Source: Candidatus Limnocylindrales bacterium
Lineage (GTDB): Bacteria > Moduliflexota > Moduliflexia > Moduliflexales > JAUQPW01
DNA length: 64,000 bases
Direction of reading: 5' to 3'
Assembly (NCBI GenBank): GCA_035559535.1
Contig: DATMBG010000032.1
Span: forward strand, 1-64,000
Of the stretch, positions 1-9,696 are shown in pieces; the stretch's first letter is position 1, and each line of letters opens with the position of its first letter. A program made the position numbers and the translations under genes. The notes under the pieces are model-generated. The model saw only the letters and a list, made by a program, of their open reading frames with translations. It was not told the origin of the DNA and made no database searches.

Positions 1-101
1 GGCCTCCCGCCCCTACACAGGAGAGGAGGAAGGGGAGGAGGCAGAGGGTCACACTCCCGGCTCAGCCTTACCGACCCGGTATCACGAACCCCGCCCCCAG
101 G

Positions 102-2351
102 CTATCCCTCCAAAATACCTTGCGCGTAAAGCTCTTTCAAATAGGATAAGGTTCTGCGGCGATATTTTTTTCCTATTCTCGTTAGGATTTGCCGAATAGT
201 TTTTGTTCCATCACATAGATAAAGTAATTCCCGGACTTCTTCGGAAATATATAAAGCTGTCTGTCCTTTTCTGAAAAGATACCAGCTGGGGAGCGGATAA
301 ACTCTGGGTAAATCCTGCACAACTTTCTCATAAAGGGCCCGCTCAACACTTCGATTCTTTTCTACCAGGATTTCCTGAAGTTGAGCTTCCGAATGGGAGA
401 GATAATCATGGATTTCATTCAAGTTGAAGGTAAGCCGCTTGAGTTGGATTCCCGGTTTTATCCGGGGCGTCAAGGTCTGAAACTCCCGGCTCTGGATAGA
501 GGGAGTTTGAGGTTTACTTCCATGGGTCGTTAACGACTGCCGGAGAATCTTGAAGATATCTTTTCCATAACGGTCAAAATAAAGCTGACTGTGGGCCACG
601 CTGACCGTTCCGGCCCAGGGATAAGTTCTTAGTTTAAAGTATCGGGAGAGTTCGTCGATCCGTTCATCTAACCGAAGACGATCCTCGTCGGTCTTGTAGG
701 GTTTATCCATCTGATAGCAGCAGTGGGTCTTGAATTCATCTCCCCGGAGATAGTAGATTTCCTGGATGTGGTACCGTTCCGGCTCCAAAGCGGTTCTTGA
801 ACCGGCCTCCAGGTCGTAGGTACCTACGACAAACAGGCTTACGTGGTCCAGATTCCGGGCGATAAAATCCAACGTATCTTCGGCTTCAGAGCGTGTTTCG
901 GTAGGAAAATCCAGAAAAGTCATGATTTGCGGAGCAATACCGGCGGCAGAAAGGTTCCGGACCACCTTTTCGGCTTCTTCTACCCGAATACCCTTGTCCA
1001 TCAGATCCAGGATCCGTTGATTTCCCGATTCCAGTCCCAAGGCAACCGAGACGCAACCACCCTTTTTGAGGGTCTGGCACCGTTCCAGAGTGAAGGTTTT
1101 CTCCAACCGCATATCACTGCTCCACTTAATGTTTAACCCTTTTTGGATCAGGAGCTCAGAAAGCTTGAGTGTGAGCCGGGGAGAGATTAAATCATCGGAG
1201 AAATAAAAATAACAGGTTTGATGCTTCTCCGAAAGGGTTTGTAGATCTTCGAGGATCAACTCGGCTTTTCTTTCCCGATAGGGGGCTGTGGCTTTATCAG
1301 TCAGTCCGTAATGGCAAAAGGCACACTTTTCCCAATAGCACCCCCGGGTGGGAGCATAGAGAAGAACCAACTGAGGTGTTAAATAGAGATCCAGGGGAAA
1401 CCCTTCATAGTTCGGACAGGGTAAAGCGTTAATATCTTCCAGATAAGGATCTGGATTCAAAAATAGCCGGTCCTTCTCCCGATCATAGGTGATCACATGG
1501 GGTAAATTCTGGAGAGGTCGACCTTCCTGTAAGCAGCTTAGAAGGTTATAAAGCGCATGTTCTCCTTCATAGACAACGATACTATCCAGATGGGCAAAGA
1601 GCCTGGTAAGGGTCGGCTTTTCTATTCGAATCGCCATTTGGGTTATGGCAGGCCCCCCAACCGTCACATGAACATGAGGAAAAGTCCGTTTGATCAGGTC
1701 GCAGAGGACCAGGGCCTGGAGTAACTGGGCAGGAAAGACTATGGAAATACCGACCACATCGGGTTGCTCACTGGCTATGAACGGCATCAGTCGGTCCTGA
1801 TAATAGACCATGAAGGGATCCGGAGGGTCCTGGGAATCTTTCCTGCGCCGGATCTCGCGCTGGAGTTCGGCATAGGAGGTCATGTAAAGGGGAACGTTGT
1901 ATTGGGTGAAGGTCAATTCCAGGGGATAATAAACCGCCGAGAGAAATTTTAAAGCCTTGTTGATAATACAAACGGCCCAGTCGTATTTTTCCGGATCAAA
2001 AAAAGTTTCCGGGTTTTTTAAAACCTCCTTTGCTTCCTGGATATGTTCGAGGATGTCTTCGATCTCAGGATAAATAAGATACAGACCAAAATACTCCTTC
2101 TGTTCTTCAAAGCTCAAGGCATGGGACTTCTTCCTTCCCTGACCTGGCTCGTAAAAATTTAATTTATCCAGGAATTTCTCATAAAGCTGTTTTAAAAAGC
2201 CCGGCTCCAAAATAAAATGATAGGCTTCTATATTGGCATCCTTGATGAGGACCTCTTCCCCTCGTTCCTTCAAAAAAGCGCTTAAATAAGCCAGGCTGAG
2301 ATAAGGCTGAGTGGGGTCTGAAGTCGGTGGATAAATTAAAAGCGTTTTCAT
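102..2351 (-). CDS. Cobalamin-binding radical SAM protein with a C-terminal PqqD/RRE-like winged helix
   Basis: N-terminal LLIYPP...PYLSLAYL, VGISI and VTVGGP (B12-binding domain); RGCYWEKCAFC (CxxxCxxC); GLESGNQRIL; C-terminal LLYLCDGTKTIRQI. Confidence 0.85.
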   Translation of the reverse strand: MKTLLIYPPTSDPTQPYLSLAYLSAFLKERGEEVLIKDANIEAYHFILEPGFLKQLYEKFLDKLNFYEPGQGRKKSHALSFEEQKEYFGLYLIYPEIEDILEHIQEAKEVLKNPETFFDPEKYDWAVCIINKALKFLSAVYYPLELTFTQYNVPLYMTSYAELQREIRRRKDSQDPPDPFMVYYQDRLMPFIASEQPDVVGISIVFPAQLLQALVLCDLIKRTFPHVHVTVGGPAITQMAIRIEKPTLTRLFAHLDSIVVYEGEHALYNLLSCLQEGRPLQNLPHVITYDREKDRLFLNPDPYLEDINALPCPNYEGFPLDLYLTPQLVLLYAPTRGCYWEKCAFCHYGLTDKATAPYRERKAELILEDLQTLSEKHQTCYFYFSDDLISPRLTLKLSELLIQKGLNIKWSSDMRLEKTFTLERCQTLKKGGCVSVALGLESGNQRILDLMDKGIRVEEAEKVVRNLSAAGIAPQIMTFLDFPTETRSEAEDTLDFIARNLDHVSLFVVGTYDLEAGSRTALEPERYHIQEIYYLRGDEFKTHCCYQMDKPYKTDEDRLRLDERIDELSRYFKLRTYPWAGTVSVAHSQLYFDRYGKDIFKILRQSLTTHGSKPQTPSIQSREFQTLTPRIKPGIQLKRLTFNLNEIHDYLSHSEAQLQEILVEKNRSVERALYEKVVQDLPRVYPLPSWYLFRKGQTALYISEEVRELLYLCDGTKTIRQILTRIGKKYRRRTLSYLKELYAQGILEG

Positions 2352-2354
2352 AAC

Positions 2355-3614
2355 TCAATAATTCATCGGTTCGTTATCCGTTGTCCAGGACTTATCCCGG
2401 GTGGTAGCCGGGGATTGAGCCTTAGCTGCAGCGAAGGGGCTATAGGCTTCCGATAACGAACTACCGACGGTACCGGTTTTGCGGCGGGCAGGTAAGAACA
2501 GGGACAGAATAACTCCCAGGAAAGCAACGGCAGTGAGGGCAAAGAAGGCATTTCCGAGACCTACCCGGTCTGCGAGGCGACCGACCAGCATAGGAGAAAA
2601 AGAAGAAAAGATTTGAGCAGAACCGAAAACCAGACCGACGGTGGTTCCTATTTTTTCACCCTTTGTAAGTTCTGCCGCAAAGGCCATTCCGACTGGAAAT
2701 AGAGAAAGGGTAAAAAAGCCCACGCAAATGGAAAATATAATTGCAAGGGTTCCCTGGGTGTTCAGAAAAGCAAAGGTAAACACGGTCAAAAAACCAAAGG
2801 ATGTTAAGAAAACAAAACGTCCTCCGAACCTATCGAAGAGTATACCGCCGATGGGTTGGGCAATCAATCCCGCAATGAACATACAGGAAGTTAAAATACC
2901 TGCATGGGAAAGGGTTGCGCCTTTTTCCACATAAAACGTGGGTAAAAAAGTTGTAAATCCGCTATGGACCATGGAATCCAGTCCGTATACCACAGACAAT
3001 AAGATAAGGGCAGAGGGGAGATTTCTGGTAAATCCCCTGTTCCCCCGGGCTTCTGGCTCTTCCAAAAGCTTCCAGATCAAAGGAATGATAAAAATCCCGG
3101 GAAGAACCAGCAGAAAAGAGCTTTTCCGCCAGCCAAAATGATCCACGAGAAACCCTACCGTAAGGGGGGCCAAAACAAAACCGAGGCTCCCACCTATTCC
3201 GTGGATTCCCTGGGCCTTTCCTTGATTTCCTCGAAAATATTTCGATAAGAAATTGGCACTTTGGGGATGGTAGGTACTCGCTCCTACCCCGATAACCAGG
3301 CAGAGCAGGAAAAAAACCCAATAAGCCGGAGCCAATCCAAGGGAAGCGATACCGATCCCGTAAAGGACGAAACCCATCATGAGAATGGCTTTACGCTTTC
3401 GGTGCAGATCAGCAAAGTAGCCAACCGTAGGTTGAAGGATGGCCTGGACAAAAATACTGGTAAAAGATAAAAGTCCTACTTGAAAATGGCTGAGGCCAAA
3501 AGTTTTTATCACGGCCGGTAACAACGGAGGTAAAACCCAATTATAAAAGTCATTAAAGGTATGACACAACGTTAAGCCTGCTAAAATCGCTGTTTTGTCT
3601 TTAGAAAATTTCAT
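2355..3614 (-). CDS. MFS transporter (Fsr-like)
   Basis: About 12 hydrophobic segments; CHTFND, GYFADLH (motif A-like) and YHP motifs typical of the Fsr subfamily. Confidence 0.85.
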   Translation of the reverse strand: MKFSKDKTAILAGLTLCHTFNDFYNWVLPPLLPAVIKTFGLSHFQVGLLSFTSIFVQAILQPTVGYFADLHRKRKAILMMGFVLYGIGIASLGLAPAYWVFFLLCLVIGVGASTYHPQSANFLSKYFRGNQGKAQGIHGIGGSLGFVLAPLTVGFLVDHFGWRKSSFLLVLPGIFIIPLIWKLLEEPEARGNRGFTRNLPSALILLSVVYGLDSMVHSGFTTFLPTFYVEKGATLSHAGILTSCMFIAGLIAQPIGGILFDRFGGRFVFLTSFGFLTVFTFAFLNTQGTLAIIFSICVGFFTLSLFPVGMAFAAELTKGEKIGTTVGLVFGSAQIFSSFSPMLVGRLADRVGLGNAFFALTAVAFLGVILSLFLPARRKTGTVGSSLSEAYSPFAAAKAQSPATTRDKSWTTDNEPMNY

Positions 3615-3749
3615 GTACGTCCGTTTTTGTCCGTTGTCCGTTGTTTATCTAAGCCCCAGAGACCCCAAGAATCCAGAGAAAATAACTATCTATCTCTGGG
3701 TTCTTGGGGTCTCTATCGCAAAGAACAGAGGACGATAGACGAGTTAAGT

Positions 3750-4268
3750 TTATTTCGCCAGCGCTTTAATAATTTCCCTGCAAAAATCCGGAAGATCCGC
3801 AGGAACCCGAGAAGTAATAAGATTGCCATCTACCACAACGGGTTGATCTACATACTCGGCTCCGGCGTTTTTCACATCGTCTTTAATGGCGGATACACAG
3901 GTCATCCGCTTTCCTTTAACGATTCCGGCTGAAACCGGTACCCATCCCGCATGGCAAATAGCGGCCACCACCTTGCCGGTCTCAAAGGCATCTCGTACGA
4001 TGGTCAATACCTGTTCGGATCTGCGTAACCGATCCGGAGCAAAACCCCCTGGGATAACCACCGCATCAAAATCTGCTGCCCGGCATTGGCTTACATCGGT
4101 GTCTACTTCCACCGGATATCCTTTACGTCCTTTATATACTTTCTCTCCTAATCCGGCTACCGTGACCTTCGCCCCGGCCTCGGTTAAGCGAAGCTTCGGG
4201 TACCAAAGCTCCAGATCCTCATATTCATCTGCTGCAAAGATTAAAACTTTTTTTCCTGAAAGTTCCAT
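3750..4268 (-). CDS. DJ-1/PfpI family protein (type 1 glutamine amidotransferase-like)
   Basis: YEDLE, VIPGG, AAICHAG (nucleophile Cys), VVDGNLITSR; start moved to the ATG at 4268. Confidence 0.93.
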   Translation of the reverse strand: MELSGKKVLIFAADEYEDLELWYPKLRLTEAGAKVTVAGLGEKVYKGRKGYPVEVDTDVSQCRAADFDAVVIPGGFAPDRLRRSEQVLTIVRDAFETGKVVAAICHAGWVPVSAGIVKGKRMTCVSAIKDDVKNAGAEYVDQPVVVDGNLITSRVPADLPDFCREIIKALAK

Positions 4269-4276
4269 AATCCCAT

Positions 4277-4408
4277 AGTCAGGAGTCAGAAGCCCGAATA
4301 CCAAAACCTCTGACTTCTAACTCCGACTGCTGTTTTACTTCCGTAGTTAAGTTCTCAGGAGTCCGAATAACAAAAATTTCTAACTTCCGATTTCTGTTTT
4401 ACTTCCGT
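4277..4408. repeat. Heptamer-repeat palindrome (AGTCAGG/AGTCAGA...TCTGACT) within an imperfect 64-bp tandem duplication
   Basis: CTGTTTTACTTCCGT occurs at both 4330-4344 and 4394-4408. Confidence 0.7.
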
Positions 4409-4587
4409 TCGGAGAAAAATTTACCCCCACGGGCCCAGTCCTCTTTTGATTTCTCTTGAATGATAACGGTAACGGCTTCTTTGTCTACCCCGTATTCTTT
4501 GCAGATCACCTCCGTAATCCCTTCCATAGCCCTTCGCTTCTGCTCTTGAGTTCTTCCTTCCATTTGATAAATGAAAACCAATGGCAT
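4399..4587 (-). CDS. 4-oxalocrotonate tautomerase family protein
   Basis: 62 aa; Pro directly after Met; EGRTxEQKR; C-terminal W-A-R-G-G; GGGAGG ribosome-binding site. Confidence 0.92.
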   Translation of the reverse strand: MPLVFIYQMEGRTQEQKRRAMEGITEVICKEYGVDKEAVTVIIQEKSKEDWARGGKFFSERK

Positions 4588-4855
4588 AGGCTTATCCCTC
4601 CCTAAAAAATTTCCTCCGGGTTTAAACTTTATCAGATTTATCTTGTCAACTTTTATATATTAAACTGCCTGTTTCGGTTTGCAACCAATTTTTCGCCTTC
4701 AAAATTTTTATTGAAAACTTTTTAATCGCTTTTACTCCAGGCAAATTAAATTTTATCCCATTAACTCCTTGACATTTTAAGCTGGAAATGAGATGAGATA
4801 AGCTTGATATATGGCCTATCTTAACGAGAGAAGTCAGGAATAAACGGGAGAAATT

Positions 4856-7495
4856 ATGAAGACGATCAGCTATAAATTTTTTGTACTCATTATATTTTTT
4901 ATTTTGGTTCCTCTCATTGCTCTGGGATTTATTTCCTTTACCGTTGCCAGCCGGGCGCTTCAAGAAAATTCCCGCAAGCAGTACGAGCAAATGGTTTGGA
5001 ACTCCAAGGAAAGAATCGATGAGCGATTAGCCGATCGGATTAAACGGATCGAGAGTATTCGAGGGAGTAGTACCCTGCTATTATTTTCGGGTTTCACGGG
5101 AGTAGGTTCTAACAGAACCAGTGTCGATAATGAAGTTTATGCTTTACAAAAAGGTAACGGTCTGGCCTTTGAACCCCCTACTCAGGAAGGAGATCTCCTT
5201 AACTTTGGGATTATGCTGGTTCATCCTGGTAACCAGAAGATTAGAGATTTTGGAGTATTTCCCTCAGAAGAGTACGTGGGGCTCGATGGGGTAGTTAAGC
5301 AGCATATCTATGCTGGAGGATCCAATGATGAAGATTTTACGGCTAAAGATCTCACCAAGCTGAATCGTTCTGACGAAGTATGGTTCCAGGAAGCTAAAAA
5401 TGGAAGGGTTTACATCTCAGACCCTCGTCCGGTCAAGTTGTATTTAAAGGAATACAAACCTTCCGAAGGTAAACACCCAGAGAAAGTCGTTGAAAAAAAA
5501 TTAATCGTTATCGCAATGCCCCATCTGGTTCAAAATCAAGTGCGAGGAGTTCTCATGGTTACTACCACGCCGGATTTCTTATACCAGGAGATGGAACGGT
5601 TGAAACCCGAGCATGGTCAAGCCTTTATTATTAACTCGAAGGGCTGGGTGATCGGACATAGCGATAAAAGCCTGATAGATACCCAACTGGATAACTCTCT
5701 CGTTCAGGCTATTCTGGAACCCTCTATGAAAGAAGCAGATTATAATGATAACTCAAGCACTTCCGATAAATCCTCCACGTCACTGATGGAGAAAAGAGGA
5801 ATGAACACAGGATGGACGGCTTATCAGGACAATTTAATTATTTCTCGTAAAAGCCAGATGGCGGATTGGACGATAGGTCTTTATGTTCCCCAAAAGGATA
5901 TCCTCAGTGCAGTAAATACCTTATGGTCTAAAACCCTTTGGATCATCGTAATTACATTGGGTGTTGTATGGGTCGGAGTAAGTCTGTTTACACGTAAATT
6001 CATCATCATGCCCCTTAAAGAGATGGTTACTTTTGCGGAAGCCATTCGAAATGGAGATCTTACGAGAAATCTTCCCGTTAAAACCGAGGATGAAATAGGA
6101 AAGCTGGGAAAGGCTTTGAACGCCATGTTAGCCACCTTAAGAACCGCAACGAGTCGTATTCGGGAGTCATCCACCCGATTTACCACCACCGCCGAAGCCC
6201 TTCGAGGCCAGGCCAGAACGGTCGGCATAGGAGCAGAAGAACAGCTTAACTCTGTAGAAAAGATCTTTACTTCTACCCGTCAATTGGATCAGTCTATCCA
6301 GGGACTTTCACGGGATGCAGAAAATCTCTCATCGGCTTCTGAAGAGACTTCAGCTTCCACGCTGGAAATGAAGGCGACCTTCGAAGAAGTTACAGAATTA
6401 ATGGAAGATTTATCCTCCTCGGTCAATGAAACGGCTTCTTCTATAGAACAGATGATGATGTCGGTGAGGGAAGTCAGTAAGAACACCCATCAACTCTTAA
6501 CAAATGCCGAGACGACTTATAAGGCCATCGATAAAATTAATGCATCTATCCAGGAAGTTTCTTCCAATGTAGATCACTCCCGTAAACTATCGGAAGAAAC
6601 CACCCAGGCTGCCGTAGCGGGCCAAAACTCCATGCAATCCACTTTAGAAGGGATGCGGGAAATTAAAGATGTGGTGTTAAGATCGGCTCAGGTTATTCAA
6701 ACCCTGGGGGATCGTACGGAAGAAATTGGAGCCATCCTGGACGTGATCAATGATATTGCCGAGCAGACCTCCCTACTCGCCCTCAATGCCTCGATTATAG
6801 CAGCCCAGGCCGGGGAACACGGTAAAGGTTTTGCGGTTGTGGCCGGAGAAGTCCGAGAACTGGCCAATCGCTCGACCCTATCGGCTAAAGAAATCGGGAA
6901 TTTAATTAAAAATGTACAAAAAGAAGCCCTTATGGCTATTCAGGCTATGCAGGAGGGAATCAAAAAAGTTGAAGAGGGGGTAAGGTTGGCAGATGTGACC
7001 GGGGAGATGTTAAAGCAAATTATTACGCGGGCCGAAAAATCAGCCTCAACCGTCTCCAAAATTACCCAGGCCACTCAAGAACAGGCTGACAGTAGCCGAC
7101 GAATTATGCAATATATGGAAAATGTAACCCACATGATTGCAGAGATAACCAAAGCCACCGGCGAACAACAGAAAAGCTCTTCACAAATTATTACGGCCGT
7201 AGAAAATATGAGAAACCTGGCAGCCCATGTCAAGATGGCCATGGGGGAACAGACCAAAGGAGTTGCCCAGGTCATCCGGGCTATGGACACGGTTACGGAA
7301 ATTGCCCTCAGGGCAAAAAATATTACCACCGATCAGACCCGGGAAGCCTCCCAAATCGTCTCGGCCATTCAGGCCATCCGTGAAGTCATAGAGAAGAATC
7401 TGGAAAGTATTAAAAAGACCACCCAGATTGCCGATGACCTCCTGGAACACTCCAAGGGTCTTCTAGAAACGGTAAGTCAGTATAAGATTGAATAA
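4856..7495 (+). CDS. Methyl-accepting chemotaxis protein (TM-Cache-TM-HAMP-signalling domain)
   Basis: Two TM helices; DEIGKLGKALN (HAMP); IAEQTSLLALNASIIAAQAGEHGKGFAVVAGEVRELA signalling hairpin. Confidence 0.95.
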   Translation: MKTISYKFFVLIIFFILVPLIALGFISFTVASRALQENSRKQYEQMVWNSKERIDERLADRIKRIESIRGSSTLLLFSGFTGVGSNRTSVDNEVYALQKGNGLAFEPPTQEGDLLNFGIMLVHPGNQKIRDFGVFPSEEYVGLDGVVKQHIYAGGSNDEDFTAKDLTKLNRSDEVWFQEAKNGRVYISDPRPVKLYLKEYKPSEGKHPEKVVEKKLIVIAMPHLVQNQVRGVLMVTTTPDFLYQEMERLKPEHGQAFIINSKGWVIGHSDKSLIDTQLDNSLVQAILEPSMKEADYNDNSSTSDKSSTSLMEKRGMNTGWTAYQDNLIISRKSQMADWTIGLYVPQKDILSAVNTLWSKTLWIIVITLGVVWVGVSLFTRKFIIMPLKEMVTFAEAIRNGDLTRNLPVKTEDEIGKLGKALNAMLATLRTATSRIRESSTRFTTTAEALRGQARTVGIGAEEQLNSVEKIFTSTRQLDQSIQGLSRDAENLSSASEETSASTLEMKATFEEVTELMEDLSSSVNETASSIEQMMMSVREVSKNTHQLLTNAETTYKAIDKINASIQEVSSNVDHSRKLSEETTQAAVAGQNSMQSTLEGMREIKDVVLRSAQVIQTLGDRTEEIGAILDVINDIAEQTSLLALNASIIAAQAGEHGKGFAVVAGEVRELANRSTLSAKEIGNLIKNVQKEALMAIQAMQEGIKKVEEGVRLADVTGEMLKQIITRAEKSASTVSKITQATQEQADSSRRIMQYMENVTHMIAEITKATGEQQKSSSQIITAVENMRNLAAHVKMAMGEQTKGVAQVIRAMDTVTEIALRAKNITTDQTREASQIVSAIQAIREVIEKNLESIKKTTQIADDLLEHSKGLLETVSQYKIE

Positions 7496-7575
7496 GTGTG
7501 GGAGTATGGGGGGTGTGGAAGTGTGGAAGTACTCCCATACCCCCATACCCTCACACCCCCATACTCCCATACTCC
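7496..7575. repeat. Palindromic 8-mer repeat array (GGGAGTRT units facing AYACTCCC units) between convergent genes; possible bidirectional terminator
   Basis: gtgtgggagtatgggg... followed by ...ccatactcccatactcc. Confidence 0.8.
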
Positions 7576-7582
7576 TGAAAGG

Positions 7583-8953
7583 CTAGGCCAGGAGCTTGGT
7601 AAAATCCCTTAAATGGGAATAACCTTCCAGCTTTTTAACGTGATCAACGATTTCCCTCTGATGGGAATCTGAGAAAATTCCCCGGGTCAGGGTGTTAAAT
7701 TTAGTAACGATCTCTTCTCGACTCAGGGGATTTTCCGGATCTCCCTTGGGATATTCAATCTGGCTCTCTAACTTCCTCCCATCCTGGGTTTCCAGGATAA
7801 CCCGGCTTTTCCATTTCTTAGGAAATTCGGCCTCCAGTTCGGGCATGGTTACACAGGAGACTTTTCTCATGAGTTCCTGGATTTGGGGATGATGAAGATT
7901 CTCCACGGAAAACTCATCTAAAAAGGCCCTTCGTTTTAGTACGGCAACAGCGGCTCCGAAGGGTGCACTAAATTGAGCATCAACGATGTTCTGGGGATTT
8001 ACTTTTTGCTCCGGGGGATCTGCAACCAGGAGTCGTCCGGCAGATAGAATACCTAGCGTGATGTGTCGAATATCGGACGGGGTCAGATGGTAGCGTGTTA
8101 CAAGATCCAGAACGCCATCGATGGGCGGTTGCATGTAACGGCAACAGGCATGGGGCTTTAAACTGGTGCGCATAATCTCAAAATTCTTTCCCAGACCTTC
8201 AAAGACCTTCTCCAGATCCGGCTTATCCGAATAAGAGTGAAGAAATCCAAATTTTCCTTCGATTATTTCATGGGGGCCGGTAAATCCGGTTTTTGCCAGT
8301 AAGGCTGCTAAAATCCCACTGTGGGAAGCCCATCCGGGATGAAATCGCTTGGTCCAGGCTCCATTTTGGAGATAAGCCATGGAACCTGCTGCCTGACTTC
8401 CGGCAATTCCAAAGGCATGGTGCATTTGGTCCTCGGTAAGGTTAAAGATCTTGGAGGCAACTACCGTAGCGGCGAAAACTCCGCAAGTCGCCGTTGGATG
8501 GAAACCATGCCGATAATGCTCTGCCGGATTAATCCCTTTTCCAAGGCGTATAATCACATCGTATCCCGCCACTACCGCCTCGATAAAGGCTTCTCCACTG
8601 CAATTCACCATTTCTCCTGCGGCGAAGGCCGTCGGAAATACCACAACCCCCGGATGAAGGGAAGATTCGTTCTCTACGTCGTCTAACTCCAGGCTGTGGG
8701 CAGCAACGCCGTTGGCCAAAGCGGCATACTCTCCGGCCGCTTTAAGATCGGTTCCTATAATGGTGCCCTCTCCCGGACGGTTCAGATCTTTAACAAATTT
8801 TTGAGAAACCATCCCTGAATCCGAGACAGAACCCCTCGTAACAACTCCTAAGAAATCCAGACAAAGATCTTTAACCTTTTCCACAACTTCTTCAGGCAAA
8901 TTCCGAAATTTGAGCTGATGATAAAAATGGACCAGATCTTTAGTTGTGTTCAT
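7583..8953 (-). CDS. MmgE/PrpD family protein
   Basis: NGVAAHSLELDD, LHPG, GFHPT, KPHACC, AQFSAP, PKGDPENPLS. Confidence 0.93.
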   Translation of the reverse strand: MNTTKDLVHFYHQLKFRNLPEEVVEKVKDLCLDFLGVVTRGSVSDSGMVSQKFVKDLNRPGEGTIIGTDLKAAGEYAALANGVAAHSLELDDVENESSLHPGVVVFPTAFAAGEMVNCSGEAFIEAVVAGYDVIIRLGKGINPAEHYRHGFHPTATCGVFAATVVASKIFNLTEDQMHHAFGIAGSQAAGSMAYLQNGAWTKRFHPGWASHSGILAALLAKTGFTGPHEIIEGKFGFLHSYSDKPDLEKVFEGLGKNFEIMRTSLKPHACCRYMQPPIDGVLDLVTRYHLTPSDIRHITLGILSAGRLLVADPPEQKVNPQNIVDAQFSAPFGAAVAVLKRRAFLDEFSVENLHHPQIQELMRKVSCVTMPELEAEFPKKWKSRVILETQDGRKLESQIEYPKGDPENPLSREEIVTKFNTLTRGIFSDSHQREIVDHVKKLEGYSHLRDFTKLLA

Positions 8954-9686
8954 GGGGAAGAACTAACCACTCAGGGGTCAAGAAAATCTCCGGCTTGATC
9001 CATTTTGGAATCCTCGACGCCTGGGTAGCTGGTTTTTTCAATAATTTATCATTTAAGACATTAAAAGGATTCATATAGTAAAACAGGTAATGATAAAACC
9101 TTCTACTCTCTGTGTTTAATTTTTTCTCTCCATAACGGGAAACTCGATCCAAAACAAAAATGCCAACTATAGAAGCCGAATAATCCGTTACAAGATCCTT
9201 CCCAGAAGGCGGGAAGGCACTCCCTTCAATGGCAAATTCCCAAGCAATATTGTGTATCTGAGTAAAAAGAAGCGCCGTCCAATCCCTGTAACCCCGCTCC
9301 TTTAAATAGAGGCCCATTCCAGCATAGGCTAGAGGATGTGCGATATAGTTAATGAGAAAAGGATCATCATCCAAACGGGTTCCTTTCTTTATACGAAGAA
9401 CAGGATTTCTAAAATTATCAACAACATTTTCAAAAGCCCCTGATTCTTGAATAGCTTTCTGTATATTTTCACGAGCAAAAACAACCCCTGTAGTAACTCC
9501 ACCTATAAATAAAACATCCAAGCCCAATCGGGTTAGCTTTTTTTTAAAAGGTCTATTCTTCTGAGATAGATCTTCATCCTTCTTTAGAGTGACACGCCAC
9601 TCTGACTCTTTAATCCCTTTTATAGAAGGATCTTCAAGGGGATGGAATACGAAACTCAGGAAAAATAGCCATGTCCACACTTGCAT
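8940..9686 (-). CDS. DUF3943-like exported/membrane protein
   Basis: DDDPFLINYIAHP...WEFAIE...PSGKDL pattern. Confidence 0.6.
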   Translation of the reverse strand: MQVWTWLFFLSFVFHPLEDPSIKGIKESEWRVTLKKDEDLSQKNRPFKKKLTRLGLDVLFIGGVTTGVVFARENIQKAIQESGAFENVVDNFRNPVLRIKKGTRLDDDPFLINYIAHPLAYAGMGLYLKERGYRDWTALLFTQIHNIAWEFAIEGSAFPPSGKDLVTDYSASIVGIFVLDRVSRYGEKKLNTESRRFYHYLFYYMNPFNVLNDKLLKKPATQASRIPKWIKPEIFLTPEWLVLPHEHN

Positions 9687-9696
9687 GTAAAGTCCT

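Noticed and set aside
4646-4990. 114-aa minus-strand ORF and the many other antisense or nested ORFs in the track
   Set aside because: They are shadows of well-supported genes on the opposite strand or in another frame
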